DNA from: Octopus vulgaris
Lineage: Eukaryota
Reading direction: 5' to 3'
Assembly (NCBI GenBank): GCA_951406725.2
Contig: OX597818.1
Location: 115,506,001-115,570,000 of the forward strand
Length of the DNA stretch: 64,000 nucleotides
The notes under the pieces are model-generated. The model was not told where the DNA came from and did no database searches. It saw only the letters and a list, made by a program, of their open reading frames with translations. The position numbers and the translations under genes are program-made. This document shows, in pieces, positions 1-13,696 of this stretch (its first letter is position 1; the number at the start of each line of letters is the position of its first letter).

Positions 1-16
1 ATTTATTTTACTAAGC

Positions 17-68
<52 letters not shown>

Positions 69-1450
69 GTGATATTTACCACGTGAACTACAATGAAAAA
101 ACATATCAGAAAGTTATGGTATATAATTTTGTTTTATGCAGGGGTTCCTTGAGACATGTAATTTATTTTAAGGATTATTCAAGGGTAAAAAGGTGGAGAA
201 ACACAGCCTTCTACTCTTCATTATGCTATCATACTTCTAAGCCAATCAGGATTCCATAACTACAGCATTATGCTGCAAAGCTGTTTATAACATCACATGT
301 CAAGGAACACTGCTTAACAGCATATAACCCTCTCTACTAAGCCATTGAAATTTTATCCATATTTATAGGCTTTCTGATAGAACAAAATACAAATATTATC
401 TCTTAATACACAGCAATTTCTCTTCAAGATTTATAGAGATTTATTTTTCTTATTTTTACTTTCGGAGATTTTTTTGGGTTTTTTTTTTTCCTTTCTTTTC
501 CCAATTTCATGAATGCAAAAGAAATAAAGAAGAAAAAAGTGTTATAAGGATTCTACAATTCTGAATCTATTTAGCATAGTTTTTGTTGTGCCTTGTAAGA
601 GCCACGACACTAATAATAAATAACACATGAGTTCCGCCTATGTTGACTTAGCCGTTCATCATTTTGGGGTTGATAAAATAAGAGCCAGTTGAGCACTGGG
701 GTTGATAGAATTGACTTAGACCCCCCTCCTAAATTACTGGTTTTGTGCCAGAATTTGAAATCAATAACAACAGCTTTTTAATATTCTCCCAAAGAGCCTG
801 AGGGACCTACACAAAGTGGATGTAGGCGTTTTCAGATTAAAACTGGAGGCACAAATGAGGGTAGCGACATCAAACTCCCTTATTCACTAAATGCTACATA
901 TCAGAGGAGGCTCTCAATAACAGTGTAGCAAAATGGTGGTGCCCCTGTATGGCCACAGCTTTGAGCTGAAACTGATAAAATAAATAAATAAAAAAAAAAT
1001 AAGTGATCTTTTGTTTAATGTACTGGTTAAACAATCAGTTCTTTCATTGTGGTTTGTGACCTTTTCAGTGAAAGACCTGACAAACAAACAATCAAGTGAT
1101 TGTTTAACCAGCACATTAAACAAATGCTCAATTCATTGGTTAGATATTTAACCAATTGACTAACAGTAAAGAAGTGAAACTGAACCTGTGAATGTGTTGT
1201 TATTGATTTCAAATTTTGATACAAAACCAGTAATTTAGGGGGAGGGACAAGTCGATTCCATCAACCCCTGTGCTTAACTGGTATTTATTTTATCAACCCA
1301 GAAATGTTGAAAGGCAAAGCTGACCTCAGCAGAATTCATGTGTTGTTGCTATTGACATGATGACTTTCCCAAGACACAAGGAAACTTGTTTCAACAGACG
1401 AATTCACATCAGGAATCTTGCAAACCAAATTCAAAAATGAAGATACTAAC

Positions 1451-1643
1451 CATGAATATATTTGACAACAGCCGGCGTCAATCCATGTCGCGAAAGTGTT
1501 ACCAGAATCTCACCAGCACTCTTACGCCAAGGAATGCTGTGTACATGACACCAGGAAGTGATAGCGTTAAATAACAAACTCAGGTCATCTTTCCTTGCCA
1601 GTTCTTCAGCAGGAGAAACATGACTGCACAGTCGAACAAGTAC
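1451..1643 (-). CDS. WDFY3: WDFY3/Alfy internal coding exon C, 193 nt
   Basis: VLVRLCSHVSPAEELARKDDLSLLFNAITSWCHVHSIPWRKSAGEILVTLSRHGLTPAVVKYIH, matching WDFY3 (SPAEELAQKDDLQLLFSAITSWC...PWRKSAGE). Acceptor tttgcag|GTA, donor CATG|gttagt, phase 0 to 1. The gene continues beyond the window start. Confidence 0.96.
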
Positions 1644-1748
1644 CTGCAAACAGAACATATACAATTAATCTATACTTGAAGTAAATAAATCACACAGGTA
1701 CCCATTACTACAACCCACCCAAACTCCATCTTTTTTCACACATCGACT

Positions 1749-2137
1749 TACTCTTTTACTTGTTTCAGTCATTTGACTGTGGCCATGCTGGAGCACCGCC
1801 TTGAGTCGAGCAAATCGACCCCAGGACTTATTCTTTGTAAGCCTAGTACTTATTCTATCGGTCTCTTTTGCCGGACCGCTAAGTTACGGGGACATAAACA
1901 CACCAACATCGGTTGTCAAGCGATGTTGGGGGGACAAACACAGACACACAAACACATATATATATACATATATATGACGGGCTTCTTTCAGTTTCCATCT
2001 ACCAAATCCACTCACAAGGCTTTGGTTGGCCCGAGGCCATAGTAGAAGACACTTGCCCAAGGTGCCATGCAGTGGGACTGAACCCGGAACCATGTGGTTG
2101 GTAAGCAAGCTATTTACCACACAGCCACTCCTGCGCC
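1749..2137 (-). mobile_element. tRNA-derived CORE-like SINE (family 2), full length, with internal CA/TA microsatellite
   Basis: Head GCAGGAGTGGCTGTGTGGTAA...GGTTCAGTCCC (A/B-box-like), CORE-like ACCTTGGGCAAGTGTCTTC, 3' end CAGTCAAATGACTGAAACAAGTAAAAGAG. Many near-identical copies in the window. Confidence 0.85.
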
Positions 2138-3107
2138 TTACAAACATTCAAGTTTTAAAAATCATCCAAGTCAACTTCATCAGTCTAGGAAGGCCTAAAA
2201 AATGCTATGAGCATTTACCATCTTCCTTGAGGTATAAAATAAAGGTAAAAGTAACCCATTAGATCATTGAGGCCACCATGAAAAACTCTGTCCTCAAACA
2301 AGTGGAGCCAGAAGTCAGTTGTTAGCAGTAAGAGGATTGTCTTTATTAAGCAGATCTAGTGGAAGCAGAGACCTTAAAGGTTGAGTTTAGAATTTAGAAA
2401 GAGTATTTAGAGCAGTAGTTCTCAACCACAGCTCCCAGGGCTGCATGCAACCATAAAGCATTCTCCTGGCAGCCCTCAACGGTCATGTGACAATTAACTG
2501 ATGCTGGCTGCTGGAGCCTACCGGCGAGTATTTAAAGGTGAGTGATTCAGGATGGTCAACCGCCTACTGACATTTGTTTTGCTGCATTACAAAGAAAACA
2601 AAGAAGAAAAGAAGAAAGGAGTAAGAAGAATCACACTCAACAGGAGAGCTGAAGCCCCCTCCAAAGGGAGGGGGGGGGGGGGCACCATGTCGAAAACGGT
2701 AGAGGAGTAGGGGCCAAAACCGGAGGTGGTTCCTCCTGATGATGTTTTTAGCTACTGGATCATATAAAGGAGCTTTTTGAGGTAGCGAACGATGAAACGT
2801 GGTTGGAATTCCTTTCTACATGGTACAACACAGGTGCTTTTCATGTGGTGCCTGCATGGATGGATTTTCATGTGGCACCAGTACAGGTGTTTTTTATGTG
2901 ACTCCAACCAAAATATCTTGTGGTGATTGGTTACATTTGTTCTTCATTCAAAATCCCGATGAGTATAATTTCAAGTATCAGTCTGTTTAAGTCACTAAAA
3001 TAAGTAACAACCAAAAATTCAGTCTAATTGACAAATGTTCTATTCCCACATGCTCAGAGTTCTTTGGAACCTGTCAAAGAGTAAAATAACCACAGTAAAG
3101 TACTTAC

Positions 3108-3382
3108 CTGGACAAAAACCTTCTGTAATAAAATACGACGCTCCTTTGGGGTAAACTGACAACCATCAACTAGAACATCTGTGCAGGGCACGTTGGGTAA
3201 ATCAAAGAACAAGTAGAGACATTTGACCAGGGTTGAGGGCAAAGCAGCGGCAGTCATACAGTCAACCAGAGCTTGAGAACCAGTTGAAAGCAAGTTTAAT
3301 GTCTGCAATAAGATCCAGCCACGGTTGTTCTCTTGGCTTGATTCCACCTCCAGGAAGTTCACAATAGCACAGCTTGCAGCCT
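3108..3382 (-). CDS. WDFY3: WDFY3/Alfy internal coding exon B, 275 nt
   Basis: (E)AASCAIVNFLEVESSQENNRGWILLQTLNLLSTGSQALVDCMTAAALPSTLVKCLYLFFDLP...ERRILLQKVFVQ; PSTLVKCLYLFFDLP is characteristic of WDFY3. Acceptor tgctgtag|AG, donor CAG|gtaagt, phase 1 to 0, in frame with both neighbours. Confidence 0.96.
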
Positions 3383-4011
3383 CTACAGCAACAAAGATAA
3401 GCAATCCATTGAAGAGATTCAACAAGAGGTTCATTTATGCAATCAATAAGTTAAGAAAAAGATTCGGATTTAGTCAGATATCAATTGCAAGGAAACATCA
3501 CCTGGTAACAAATATGTTTTGATTAATTTCATTATGTAATACAAGGTTGCAAAGGTGCCAAGCAGCAGGACTGAACTTGGAACCATGAGGCTGAGAAGCA
3601 AGCTTCTTACCACACAGCCATGCCTGCACCGATGGTTCTTATTTATTTATTTTAATTCTGTTTTATTCTTTTTTTTCTAATATGAAGCTCAATTTGAGTC
3701 ATCTTCCGAATTGCTTGGAACTAAACAATCTGAAGCAGTTTACCCAAATTATAAGGAGTACAAGTGACCAAAATAGGGTTCCTCCGAAGTATCTCTAGAG
3801 TATCATTAGTCAATAGGATGTGTAACTCGGAGATCAGGGAGTCTCTTCAGTAGAGTCACTACTTCTCCACATTGAGAAGTCACAGCTCCAGTACTAAAGA
3901 TGTGATTTGAGTATTGCAGAAAAAAAATCACAAAACATTCTTCAAGCCAAGCCAACCAACAAGACACCTAGGGGTAAACTGAGAATGAGATGGGTGGATA
4001 ATATCCATAGT

Positions 4012-4042
<31 letters not shown>

Positions 4043-4189
4043 ACATACAATAATACTCATATTCTTAGAGATAAATGCATGCATAGATAGGGGCACACAC
4101 ACACATCCAGAAAATACCTGAGAGCATTCAAAACATTGGCAGGAAATACAAAAATAAAACAGCATTTGTTTTCTCAAAATAATCCTTAC

Positions 4190-4313
4190 CTGTAGACTGA
4201 TTAGATGCCCTCCTCCGTATCTCAGTAACCATAAGTTTAGCCACTTGGCTACAGAACTGCAAAATATCTCCAAATTTTTCAGTCATTTCACTGGATGGGG
4301 AACTGTCAAATAC
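4190..4313 (-). CDS. WDFY3: WDFY3/Alfy (blue cheese) internal coding exon A, 124 nt
   Basis: Translates VFDSSPSSEMTEKFGDILQFCSQVAKLMVTEIRRRASNQST, matching the WDFY3 N-terminus as I recall it (VFGNAPPNTMTEKFSDLLQFTTQVSRLMVTEIRRRASNKST). Acceptor tttccag|GTA, donor ACAG|gtaagg, phase 0 to 1. Confidence 0.95.
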
Positions 4314-4653
4314 CTGGAAATAAACAACAGACATCAGTGTCATCATCATCATCATCATCATTATTATTATCAACATTATCATCAACATCATCATCAGTAT
4401 TACAATCATTATTGTTTTAATGTCCACTTTTCCATTGGTCAAACAGAATCCACTGAGGTCAATTTTCTGCAGGTAAATGTGTTTCCCATCACCAGACATC
4501 ACCTGTTTCCAGGTAAGGCATCCCCCCTCCCCATGGCTGGATATGGTTTTGTGGATAACTGGAAACAAAGGAGACTGGTTGTCAGACACTGGCACTCATT
4601 TACAACTAACAAGTGATATCAAGACAAGGACACACACTCACACACATGTGCAC

Positions 4654-4690
<37 letters not shown>

Positions 4691-6396
4691 CGTGTGCAAG
4701 TGTGTATTTTTGTATATAGAACTGGTTTCTTTCAGTTTTTTGTCTGCCAAATCCACATTGGTCAGCCTGAGGATACAAACTGAGGCACTGGTGCTAGATG
4801 CCAGACAATAGGACTTAACTGCAACCACATTATTGAGAAGCAAACTTCTTAGCCACTCAACCATATCAGCAGCTAACTAAATTAAATCTATTATTATATA
4901 AATTAAATGAACATTGAAATCAAAATACATAATGAAATTTCAGAGCTGCACTTGGTCTGATCATAGAAGGGCAGCAAAACTTCTGGTCACTTTGTAGCAG
5001 AATATAAAACTATCAGAAAATCAAATCTCAAGAAATATAATGGCATTTGTGCATTTGATGTGCATAATCGGAATCTTCCATAATAAAACCATTTAGAAGA
5101 TATAATTGTATTAAAACATTGGTTCTGTTTGTTCCTGGTTTCTTTAACTCCAGAAACACAGGTTATTCTACTTACTACTAACCAGTTTTAATTCATTTGG
5201 CACCTGTGTCAGCTGGTGTTGGTTTGTTTGCATCCCCATAATTTAGTGGTTTGGCAAATGAGACTGATAGAAAAAGTACCAGGCTTAGGAAAAAGCAAAA
5301 AAAAAAAAAAACAGCACTGGGTTTGATTCATTCACCTAAAAAGCTATTTCAAGGCGGTGCTCCAGCATGGCCTCAGACGACTGACTGAAACAAGTGAAAG
5401 ATAAAGGATAAATTCTGAGAAATGAGAAATGAATAATCTCTACCAGGAAAACAATAAAAAGCAAAAATAAGATTTCTGCTGGTTTTAAAGAGGTTCCAAT
5501 TAACTAAAACTATTTAATTACTAACAGAATTAAGATGACAGGGCTTCTTTCTATTCTTTTACTAGTTTCAGTCATTTGACTGCGGCCAGTGTGAATCAAA
5601 CCCAGTGTGTGTGTTTTTTTTTTTCTTAGCCTGGTACTTTTTCTATCAGTCTCTTTTGCTAAATCTCTAAGTTATGGTGACACAAACAAACCAACACCAG
5701 AAGAAGCCCATCGTTTATATATATATATATACCAAAGGCATGTAAAAGCATCCATTACACTCCCAGAGTGGTTGGCATTAGGAAGGGCAGCCAGAGGTAG
5801 AAAACCATGTGAAATCAAACAAGCCTGGTGCAGCCTTCCAGTTTACCAGCTCTGGTCAAACTGTCCAACCCATGCCAGCATGGACAATAGACATTAAATA
5901 ATGATGATGATGATAACAATGATGTGTGTGTGTTTCCCTCCCGAAACCATTGCTTGACAACCGATGTTGATGTGTTTACCTCCCCATAACTTAGCAGTTC
6001 AGCAATAGAGACCAGTACTAGGCTTACAAAGGTCAACTTTGCCTTTCATCCTCTCGGGGTCAAAAACTTTCGGGCTTTGTGCCTAGAGTAGAAAAGTATA
6101 TATATGTATGTATGTATATGTCTGTGTCTGCATGGGTTCCTCCACCATCACTCGACAACCGATGCTGGTGTGTTTACGTGCCCCCTAACTTAGCAGTTTA
6201 ACAATAGATACCAATAGAATAAGTACTAGGTTTACAAAGAATAAGTCCTGGGAGTCGATTTGTTCAACTAAAAGTAATGCTTCAGCATGGCCGCAGTCAA
6301 ATGACTGAAACAAGTAAAAGAATAGAAGAACTGCAGTGTCATGCTGCGAAGCGGATAAAAGATAAATCTGCCACTGGATAGAATGGTAGTCCTTTA

Positions 6397-6645
6397 CAGT
6401 GGTTTTCAGCTGGGGTCCACATGAGCCTTGAGGGCCCACATAAGATTTTGTTGTTAAAATTTGCTAGCAATAAATTAGTTAAACTTCTATAATTTACAGA
6501 ATATTTTAATAACTTTTTAATACAATTTCTAATGATATTTAATTATGAAAATAGGACTCTTTATTATAGAATGGTTACAAGGGTCCAGCACAGTAAAATA
6601 GGAATCAAAAAGATCCATAGGTAAAAAATGGTTGAGAACCAATAC
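6397..6645. mobile_element. hAT (Charlie-like) MITE
   Basis: Imperfect TIRs CAGTGGTTTTCAGC ... GGTTGAGAACCAATA. A similar right end lies at about 130-207. Confidence 0.6.
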
Positions 6646-7468
6646 TCTAGAAATAACAGCCAAACTTCATCAAATCACACCCAACATAAAGAGGAAGAGG
6701 AAAGATAGGAGGTGGGGGTCACATTGGGCAATCTAATTCTAGATAATACATAGAATAGTCTTTATTGAAACCTTTTTGACTATAGGGCTGATTGATCAGG
6801 GCCCACAAAAAGTGATCTGGTATTTATTTGTATAAACCAGCAGCTAAGCAAATAAACTGATATGACACGAAATGAATATAAAAAGCAGAATTTCCTGCCC
6901 CAAAACACATGGAAATTCCTGCATTAATTTGAACTCATAATCTCAGAATAATTAGCTCAATACCTCGTCCATTTTATTTCAGTTGCATCCTGTTTGTTAG
7001 CATCAAATTCCTCCAAGAAGGTGAAGAGTAAAAATAGAGTTTTCGAAAGGGGAACAATAAACCAAAGGAAGGAGTTATCTAGGAGTGAAAAGGTTCAGAA
7101 GAAGGGGATTCTGTAAAATGTGAGTGGGAGTAGAAAAGTAATAGATAACAGGTGTCATAGAGGGGAGGAGGGTGAATTTAGTTTAGCTTTTTGTTCTTTT
7201 ATTTTTTTATTTAAGCAAAGAAGCAGAAAAAAATTATGAAGAGAAAGAATTGGGGCCTTTAACAAAAAAAGCAATTAATCTAATTGAGATATGAAGCTAA
7301 TAAAGAAGAGAAAGAGATGTAGAGTTTTAAGAACGACCAAGTGATTAATGAGAACAAGGCAAGCATGAGAAAAAAGTTGTTGTTGGTTCGCTCCAAGTTA
7401 ACCCAGACTGAGCGGAGCTAGGATTAAAAACATTCCAGTTGTGACAACCCTGTCTTATTTATTTTTAA

Positions 7469-7688
7469 CCCTTTCGTTACAGTATTTATTTTGAGATACT
7501 TTGTGTTTCTTTCAATTACTTTAAATATAACAAAGAATTTAGTAAAATAACTTAATTATCATTAAGCTAGTGTTAGGAACATAAATTGTGACTAAGGTTT
7601 GGTGGAAGATATTAATTCAAAACTTATGAAAACAAGACATTTGTACTCAGATCCAGAGCCGGTTTCAGCCGGATTGGTAACAAAAGGG
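7469..7688. mobile_element. piggyBac-like MITE (TTAA target)
   Basis: TTAA|CCCTTTCGTTAC ... GTAACAAAAGGG|TTAA. A second copy of the same internal sequence lies at about 54570-54792. Confidence 0.8.
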
Positions 7689-9059
7689 TTAAAGACCATG
7701 TATACAGATGCAGAAATGGATGTGTGGTAAGAGGTTTGCTTCCCAGACATGGTTCTGGGTTCAGTCCCATTGCATAGTACCTTGGGCATGTATCTTCTAT
7801 TATAGATCCAAGATGACCAAAACCTCGTGAGTCGATTTGGTAGATACATATATACTTACTCTCGATCTGTGTCTCGTGTTTACACGACTGCCCAACCTGT
7901 TAGCAATAGGAGCAAAATATCCTTTAAATTCCATCTTATCTTAAGAAAATATGCATTGGATGGTGTAGATGTATTTTTCCTTTTATCTTTTACTTGTTAC
8001 AGTCATTGGCAGCAGTCATGCTGGGACACACCACCTTAAAGGGTTTAGTCAAACAGATCAACCCCTGCATTTCCTATTTATGAGTCGTAGGTAAAGTGGC
8101 TGAATTCCCTTTGAGCGTTGAACCTCATAGAGGCAATGACTGAGACCTTTGGCATTATGTTGTGCTTGAGAAGAAGACCCATCAGGCTGAGCAAGATTGC
8201 AGTCATAGCAGATAATGGTGTCGTGAAAATTGGTACCTGTGCCAGTGGCACATAAAAGCACCCATTATACTCTCAGAGTAATTGGCATTAGGAAGGGCAT
8301 CCAGCTGCAGAAACCATGCCAAATCAAACTGGAGTTTGGTGCAGCCTTCCAGTGTGCCAACCCATTCAAACCGTCCAACTAATGCCCGCATGGACAACAG
8401 ACGTTAAATGATGATGATGATGATGTCGATGATGGTGATGCCTATTCTGCCCGTCTCTCTTACCAAACCACTAAGGTACAGTGATGCAAACAAACCAACA
8501 CCAGTTGTCAAGCAATGGGGGGGGGGATAAACACAAGACACACATACAGGCATTTACACACACAAACATATACGACAGGTTTCATTCAGTTTCCATTTAC
8601 CAAATCCACTCACAAAGTGTTGGTCAGCTCAGAGCTATGATAGAAAACTGACCTTTGGATGTTAATCCTCACAGAGGCAATGACAAGTGGCCGAGGCTGT
8701 TGGCAATTTGCTGTGCTTGAGAAGATATGTCACGCTTTGTGAAATCGTGGTCATGGCTTGTGGTGGTGCCACATAAAAGGAACATGTGCCAGTGACACAT
8801 TAAAGGCATTCGTGCTGGTGACATTACTGGTGACACGTAAAAGGCACCCGTGCCAGTGATATATCAGAGGCACCCAGTACATTCTGTGGAATGGTTGGCA
8901 ACAGGAAGGGCATCCAGCTGTAGAAACCAATTCCAAACAGATTGGAGCCTGGTGCAGCTCTCCAGCTTACCAGTTTCTTGTCAAACAGTCTAATCCATGC
9001 CAGCATGGAAAGCAGACATTAAATAATGATGATGATGAGGGGGATATACTAAGACCCGC

Positions 9060-9380
9060 TTCAGTCATGACTGACCATGGGATTGCACCTAGAAAGACAG
9101 GCACAAGTCCGGGCAAGGTTGTTTATGGAAGACCAGCAGTTGCCCATGCATACCGGCCTCCCCTCTCCACGACACCAGTGTTATCCAAGGGAAAGGCAAA
9201 GGGGCCGATACAGCTTGGCACCTGTGGCGTTGCAACTTATTTCTACAGCTGAGTGAACTGGAGCAACGTGAAATGAAGTGTCTTGCTCAAGAACACAACA
9301 TGCAGCCCAGTCCGGGATTTGAACTCACAACCCCACAATCGTAAGCTCGACACTCTAACCACTGAGCCATGCGCGTTCAC
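9060..9380 (-). mobile_element. tRNA-derived SINE (family 4)
   Basis: Minus-strand head GCATGGCTCAGTGGTTAGAGTG...GAGTTCAAATCCC followed by TTCTTGAGCAAGACACTT. Homologous + strand copy at about 63520-63838. Confidence 0.75.
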
Positions 9381-11581
9381 TTTAAGGAGGATATATATAT
9401 ATATAACTGTAAAAGGGTTTGCTGTTTTTTCTTACAGATCAAGCAGTCATGTAGACAGAGAGACAGATAAATGCATAGACAGAAGAATGAATAAATTAAA
9501 GAAAAGGTCATATGTTAAAAGCAGAGATGGCGGGGATGGGGGGAGGACAAATAGTATGAAAGGACAGATGTAAAATAAAAATATATGGAAATGCCAAACG
9601 GACAAATACACACACACACACATAATTATTTCTACGAAAAGGAAAACCTATGAAAGAGTAAACTTCAGAAATACCAGGATGAAAGAATATCTCACTTATG
9701 AACACACACACACACACACAGAGACACATACACACACACACACACACACATACATACATACATACATACACACACAGACATACACAATACTTATTCAAAT
9801 TACAATATACTCTATCATTCCTTAAAAGAAATTGAAGTAGAAATGGTAATACTATTTTAAAAATGGAAACATCCTGTTTGTTTGTGTGTGATTGAGTGAA
9901 TGTATAAGCGATTACATATGAGTATGTGTATAATAGGGTGTGTGTGTGTGTGTGCACATGCGCACGTGTATGTGTTTATGAGGGAGAAAGAGTATGTAAA
10001 AGAGTAATTGAGTGCATATGAGGGGCGAATGTTTATATAAGAATAATATGGTTGAAATATGTTGACTCTAATGAAATTAAAAATACTAAGATAATATTTT
10101 TATGCAGGCAGTGGTGGTGTTGGGGGTATTAGTGGTGGTGGAAGTCGTGGAGGTGGTGCTGGTGCCGGGATCACAGCATTCTTATGGTGGTGGTGGTGGT
10201 GGTAGTGGTGGTGGTGGTGGGAATGCTGATGATAGCAAAACAGATTTAGACATTTATAAGAGAGAGCGGAAAGGAAGACCAGCCAATGTGATGTCTATGT
10301 CTTTCTGGAAGACATTCCCATCACACAGAGGACTGGAATCTTTTATCTCTTACTCGTTTCAGGCATTAGACTGTGGTCAGGCTGGGGCACTGCCTTCAAG
10401 AATTTATTGTCAAATAAATCGGTTCCAGTACTTATTTTCTTAAAGCCTGGTACTTATTCTATCAGTCTCTCTTACTGAACCACTAGGTTACAGGGTCGTA
10501 AACACACATTAACACCAGTTGTCATGTAGAATGGGGGAAGAAACACAAACTCAAAGACAAACAGATTATGCAATGAGCTTCTTTCAGTTTCCATCTACCA
10601 AATCCACTCACAAGGATTTAGATGGCCCAAGGCTATAGTAGAAGACATTTGCCCAAGGTGCCATGCTGTGAGACTGAACCTGGGACCCTGTGATGATGAT
10701 GATGATGATTACAGACAGATGAGCACCAAGGTCATTCATGATAGGATTTAAACTCAAAAAAGACCCAATACACTCTGTAAAGTGGTTGGCATTTGGAAGG
10801 GCATCCAGCCATAGAAACCACGTCAAAACAGACAACTGAAACCTGGTGCAGCTCTCCAATTTTCAGCTCCTGTCAAACCATCTAATCCATGTCATTATAG
10901 AAGGTGATGATGATGATGATGCAACTATGACACAGTCAAGATACCATCATGCATTTAAGTTGGTATTGCAAATGCTTTGCGGGGACCTGGTTGGGTTTGA
11001 TTTGTCCATTTGAACTGATATTGAAGTCAACTTCACATTTTTTTGTTTACTCTAAAGTGAAATCAATAACATCACCATCATCATTGTTTACCATCCAACT
11101 TCCATGCTGGCATGGGTTTGACTGAGGTCTGGAAAGCCAGTGGCTGCACCAGGCTCCAATCTGACATTAGCACGAAATATGTACGACTTAATCCAACCAA
11201 CTATAATTAGGTCCACCAAGATTTTATCACTCTGCACTAAAGTTACAAACAACAACAACAACAGCATCAGCAGTAGCATCCATCATCATCATCATCATCA
11301 TCATCATCCCTAGAACAACGAGTGACAGAATTAGTAAAGCAGCAATTAGTAAACGAGTTGAAGCACTTAGTGACATTCCTTAACATTCAGTGTTTAATTC
11401 TCACTGGGGTCAAATCAGGCTTCTCTGCTTTCTAACACCAACAAAAGAAGTACTAGTCAAGTACTAATCTCAGTATAAGAGATAACCCCCATCCCACCTT
11501 GTATGCTCTATATTACAAACTACTACCACCACCACCACCAACACTATAAATATCATTATTATTATTATTATTATTACTGTA

Positions 11582-12100
11582 GGGCAAAGAGCTGGCAGAA
11601 GTGTTAGCATGCTGGGCAAAATGCTTAGCGACATTTAATCTGCTGTTACGTTGTGAGTTCAAATTCCGCCAAGGTCAACTTTGTCTTTCATCCCTTCGGG
11701 GCTGATTAAATAAGTACCAGTTATGCACTGGGGTCGATGTATTTGACTTAATCCCTTTGTCTGTCCTTGTTTGTCCCCTCTAGATTTAGTTCCCTGTGGG
11801 CAAGAAATAAATAAATACAATAGATACCCATCTTGTTACAAACCACTACTGCCACCACCACCACCACTATTAATATCATTATTATTATTATTGTAGCACA
11901 GACAGCTGGTAGAATCGTTAGCATGCTGCACAAAATGCTTAGCGGTATTTTATCTGTCACTACGTTCTGTGTTCAAATTCCAAGGTTGACTTTACTTTTC
12001 ATCTTTTCAGGGTCGATAAAATAAGAACCAGTTGAACATTGGGGTTGATGTCATCAACTCATTCTCTCTTCCAAAAAGCTGCCCTTGAGGTAAAATTTGA
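11582..12100 (+). mobile_element. Two tRNA-derived SINE family 1 copies
   Basis: Head GAGCTGGCAGAA..GTTAGCA..., B-box-like GAGTTCAAATTCC, central GCCTTTCATCCTTTCGGGGTCGATAAA..AAGTACCAG (resembles the Meta/Sauria-type SINE central domain; inference). Confidence 0.75.
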
Positions 12101-12319
12101 AATAATTACTATTATTATTATTATTATTATTATTAAAGTCAAAATTAAAAGAAGAGTGCCATTGTCATCCGTGAACGATATTTCACATCTCGTGTTCTTC
12201 AACATGTTCAAAAAATAATTTTGTCAATCTACTTCATTTTGGTTAATATATAAGGGATTGAGGTAACTCCTCCAGAAGATAATATTATTATTATGATTAT
12301 TATTATTATTATTATTATT

Positions 12320-12860
12320 GGGAGAGAGAACAGTGCATGCCATCAAAGTGACACTGGGGTAAAATATACGAAGCCCAGTATACCCATCATGACTACCCGT
12401 CTGATAAGGGTACACCAGGCACATGCATCACAACCATTTGTGCACAACACGGTGATCTCATATCAAGATGAACGGCACATGACCTTGTAGGTGGGGCCTT
12501 GTTAAAATTTTTTTCAGGTCGAGTAACCCATCCTGCTCAAAAGCTCCCTGAATAAGGGTTGTTTAAAGATGTTGAACGAACCACCCATGTTTCCAAAGGT
12601 GAATTATCCAAACACCAAAGAATCCCTCTCAACACATGGCTATGATGTTCCCCCCACTACTTCCGCTCATGATCAGAGATGCACATATCGTCAGCCACTA
12701 AGGGACATGGTCAACTGGTTAAGGTCAAACAACTGACAAGCAAATCTGTGGTATTGAGCAGAATATTTGCTGTAGCCCATCTTTTATACCAAGACAAAAC
12801 AATGTACATGATAACACTTCCAATCAGTTAAGATCAGAAGCCATGAGAGCCACTGTCTGG
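12320..12860 (-). mobile_element. Putative non-LTR element 3' segment ending in (AAT)n
   Basis: High-complexity, GC-elevated 540-bp block that abuts a (TAA)n microsatellite; no ORF. Confidence 0.3.
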
Positions 12861-13696
12861 TTATTATCTATCACCATATTTTAAACAGCTGTATGGGAGT
12901 TTCTGCTGTCCTGTAATATATATCTCTGTGTTTCTGAAGTATAGACAGTATTACCTTTTGGAACTATAGTAATTGGGGTGGCACAGATTTTGGCGAAAGG
13001 AGAGCACAAAAATGATATGTAGCCGAATGGGATACATATGAATATACAAGTCCTAATAACCTCAAAAAAAAATACAGAAGAATTCTGGATTTGTAGAATG
13101 AAAAGATACGACACTGGTAGAACAAGGGATGAGATCCTAACTGCTTACACATTTAACACAAGTGATTTGTGATTTTATGGCAGAAAACAACACTATTATC
13201 TTGAACAATTTAGACAGCACACTTAACCAAGACAACAACAACAACAGAATCAATAAAATACTCACAGTCATGCATTCTGCTAAGCAAAGAAATGAATGGA
13301 AGTTTGAATTTAGTGATAGGAGAAGCCATTCCAGGCACTATTCTGAGCTCAAACTTAGCCATTTCAATGGGGTTGATGAAATAAGCAAGTGGTAAAGTAC
13401 AACAGTGGATCAAGTCAATTCCATTCTTTTCCCCAATATTAGTGGCCTTGTGTTGATGCAAGAAGTAGTTGTTGTTGTTGTTGTTATTTATAGAGATGGA
13501 AAGCAGCCAGGTAAACAAAGTACAAGCTTCAATGGTTTACTGAATCTATTTTTGGCAGCCCCATTGTTCCGAGTTTGAATCTAATTTCATCCCTACTGGG
13601 TTAATAAATTTAATACCGATAATAGGAATGCTTTGTTCGTTTGTACCCCATGCAAAGAAAATCACACGAGAGCACAAGACCTTACACCTATTCAAA

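Noticed and set aside
2140-2190. Minus-strand CTGATGA-AGTT...AACT-TGAAT
   Set aside because: GAAU instead of GAAA and no convincing stem I or III.
3054-4595. ORF-track start codons and extensions around WDFY3 exons A and B
   Set aside because: Extensions are intronic read-through; homology stops exactly at the GT/AG sites.
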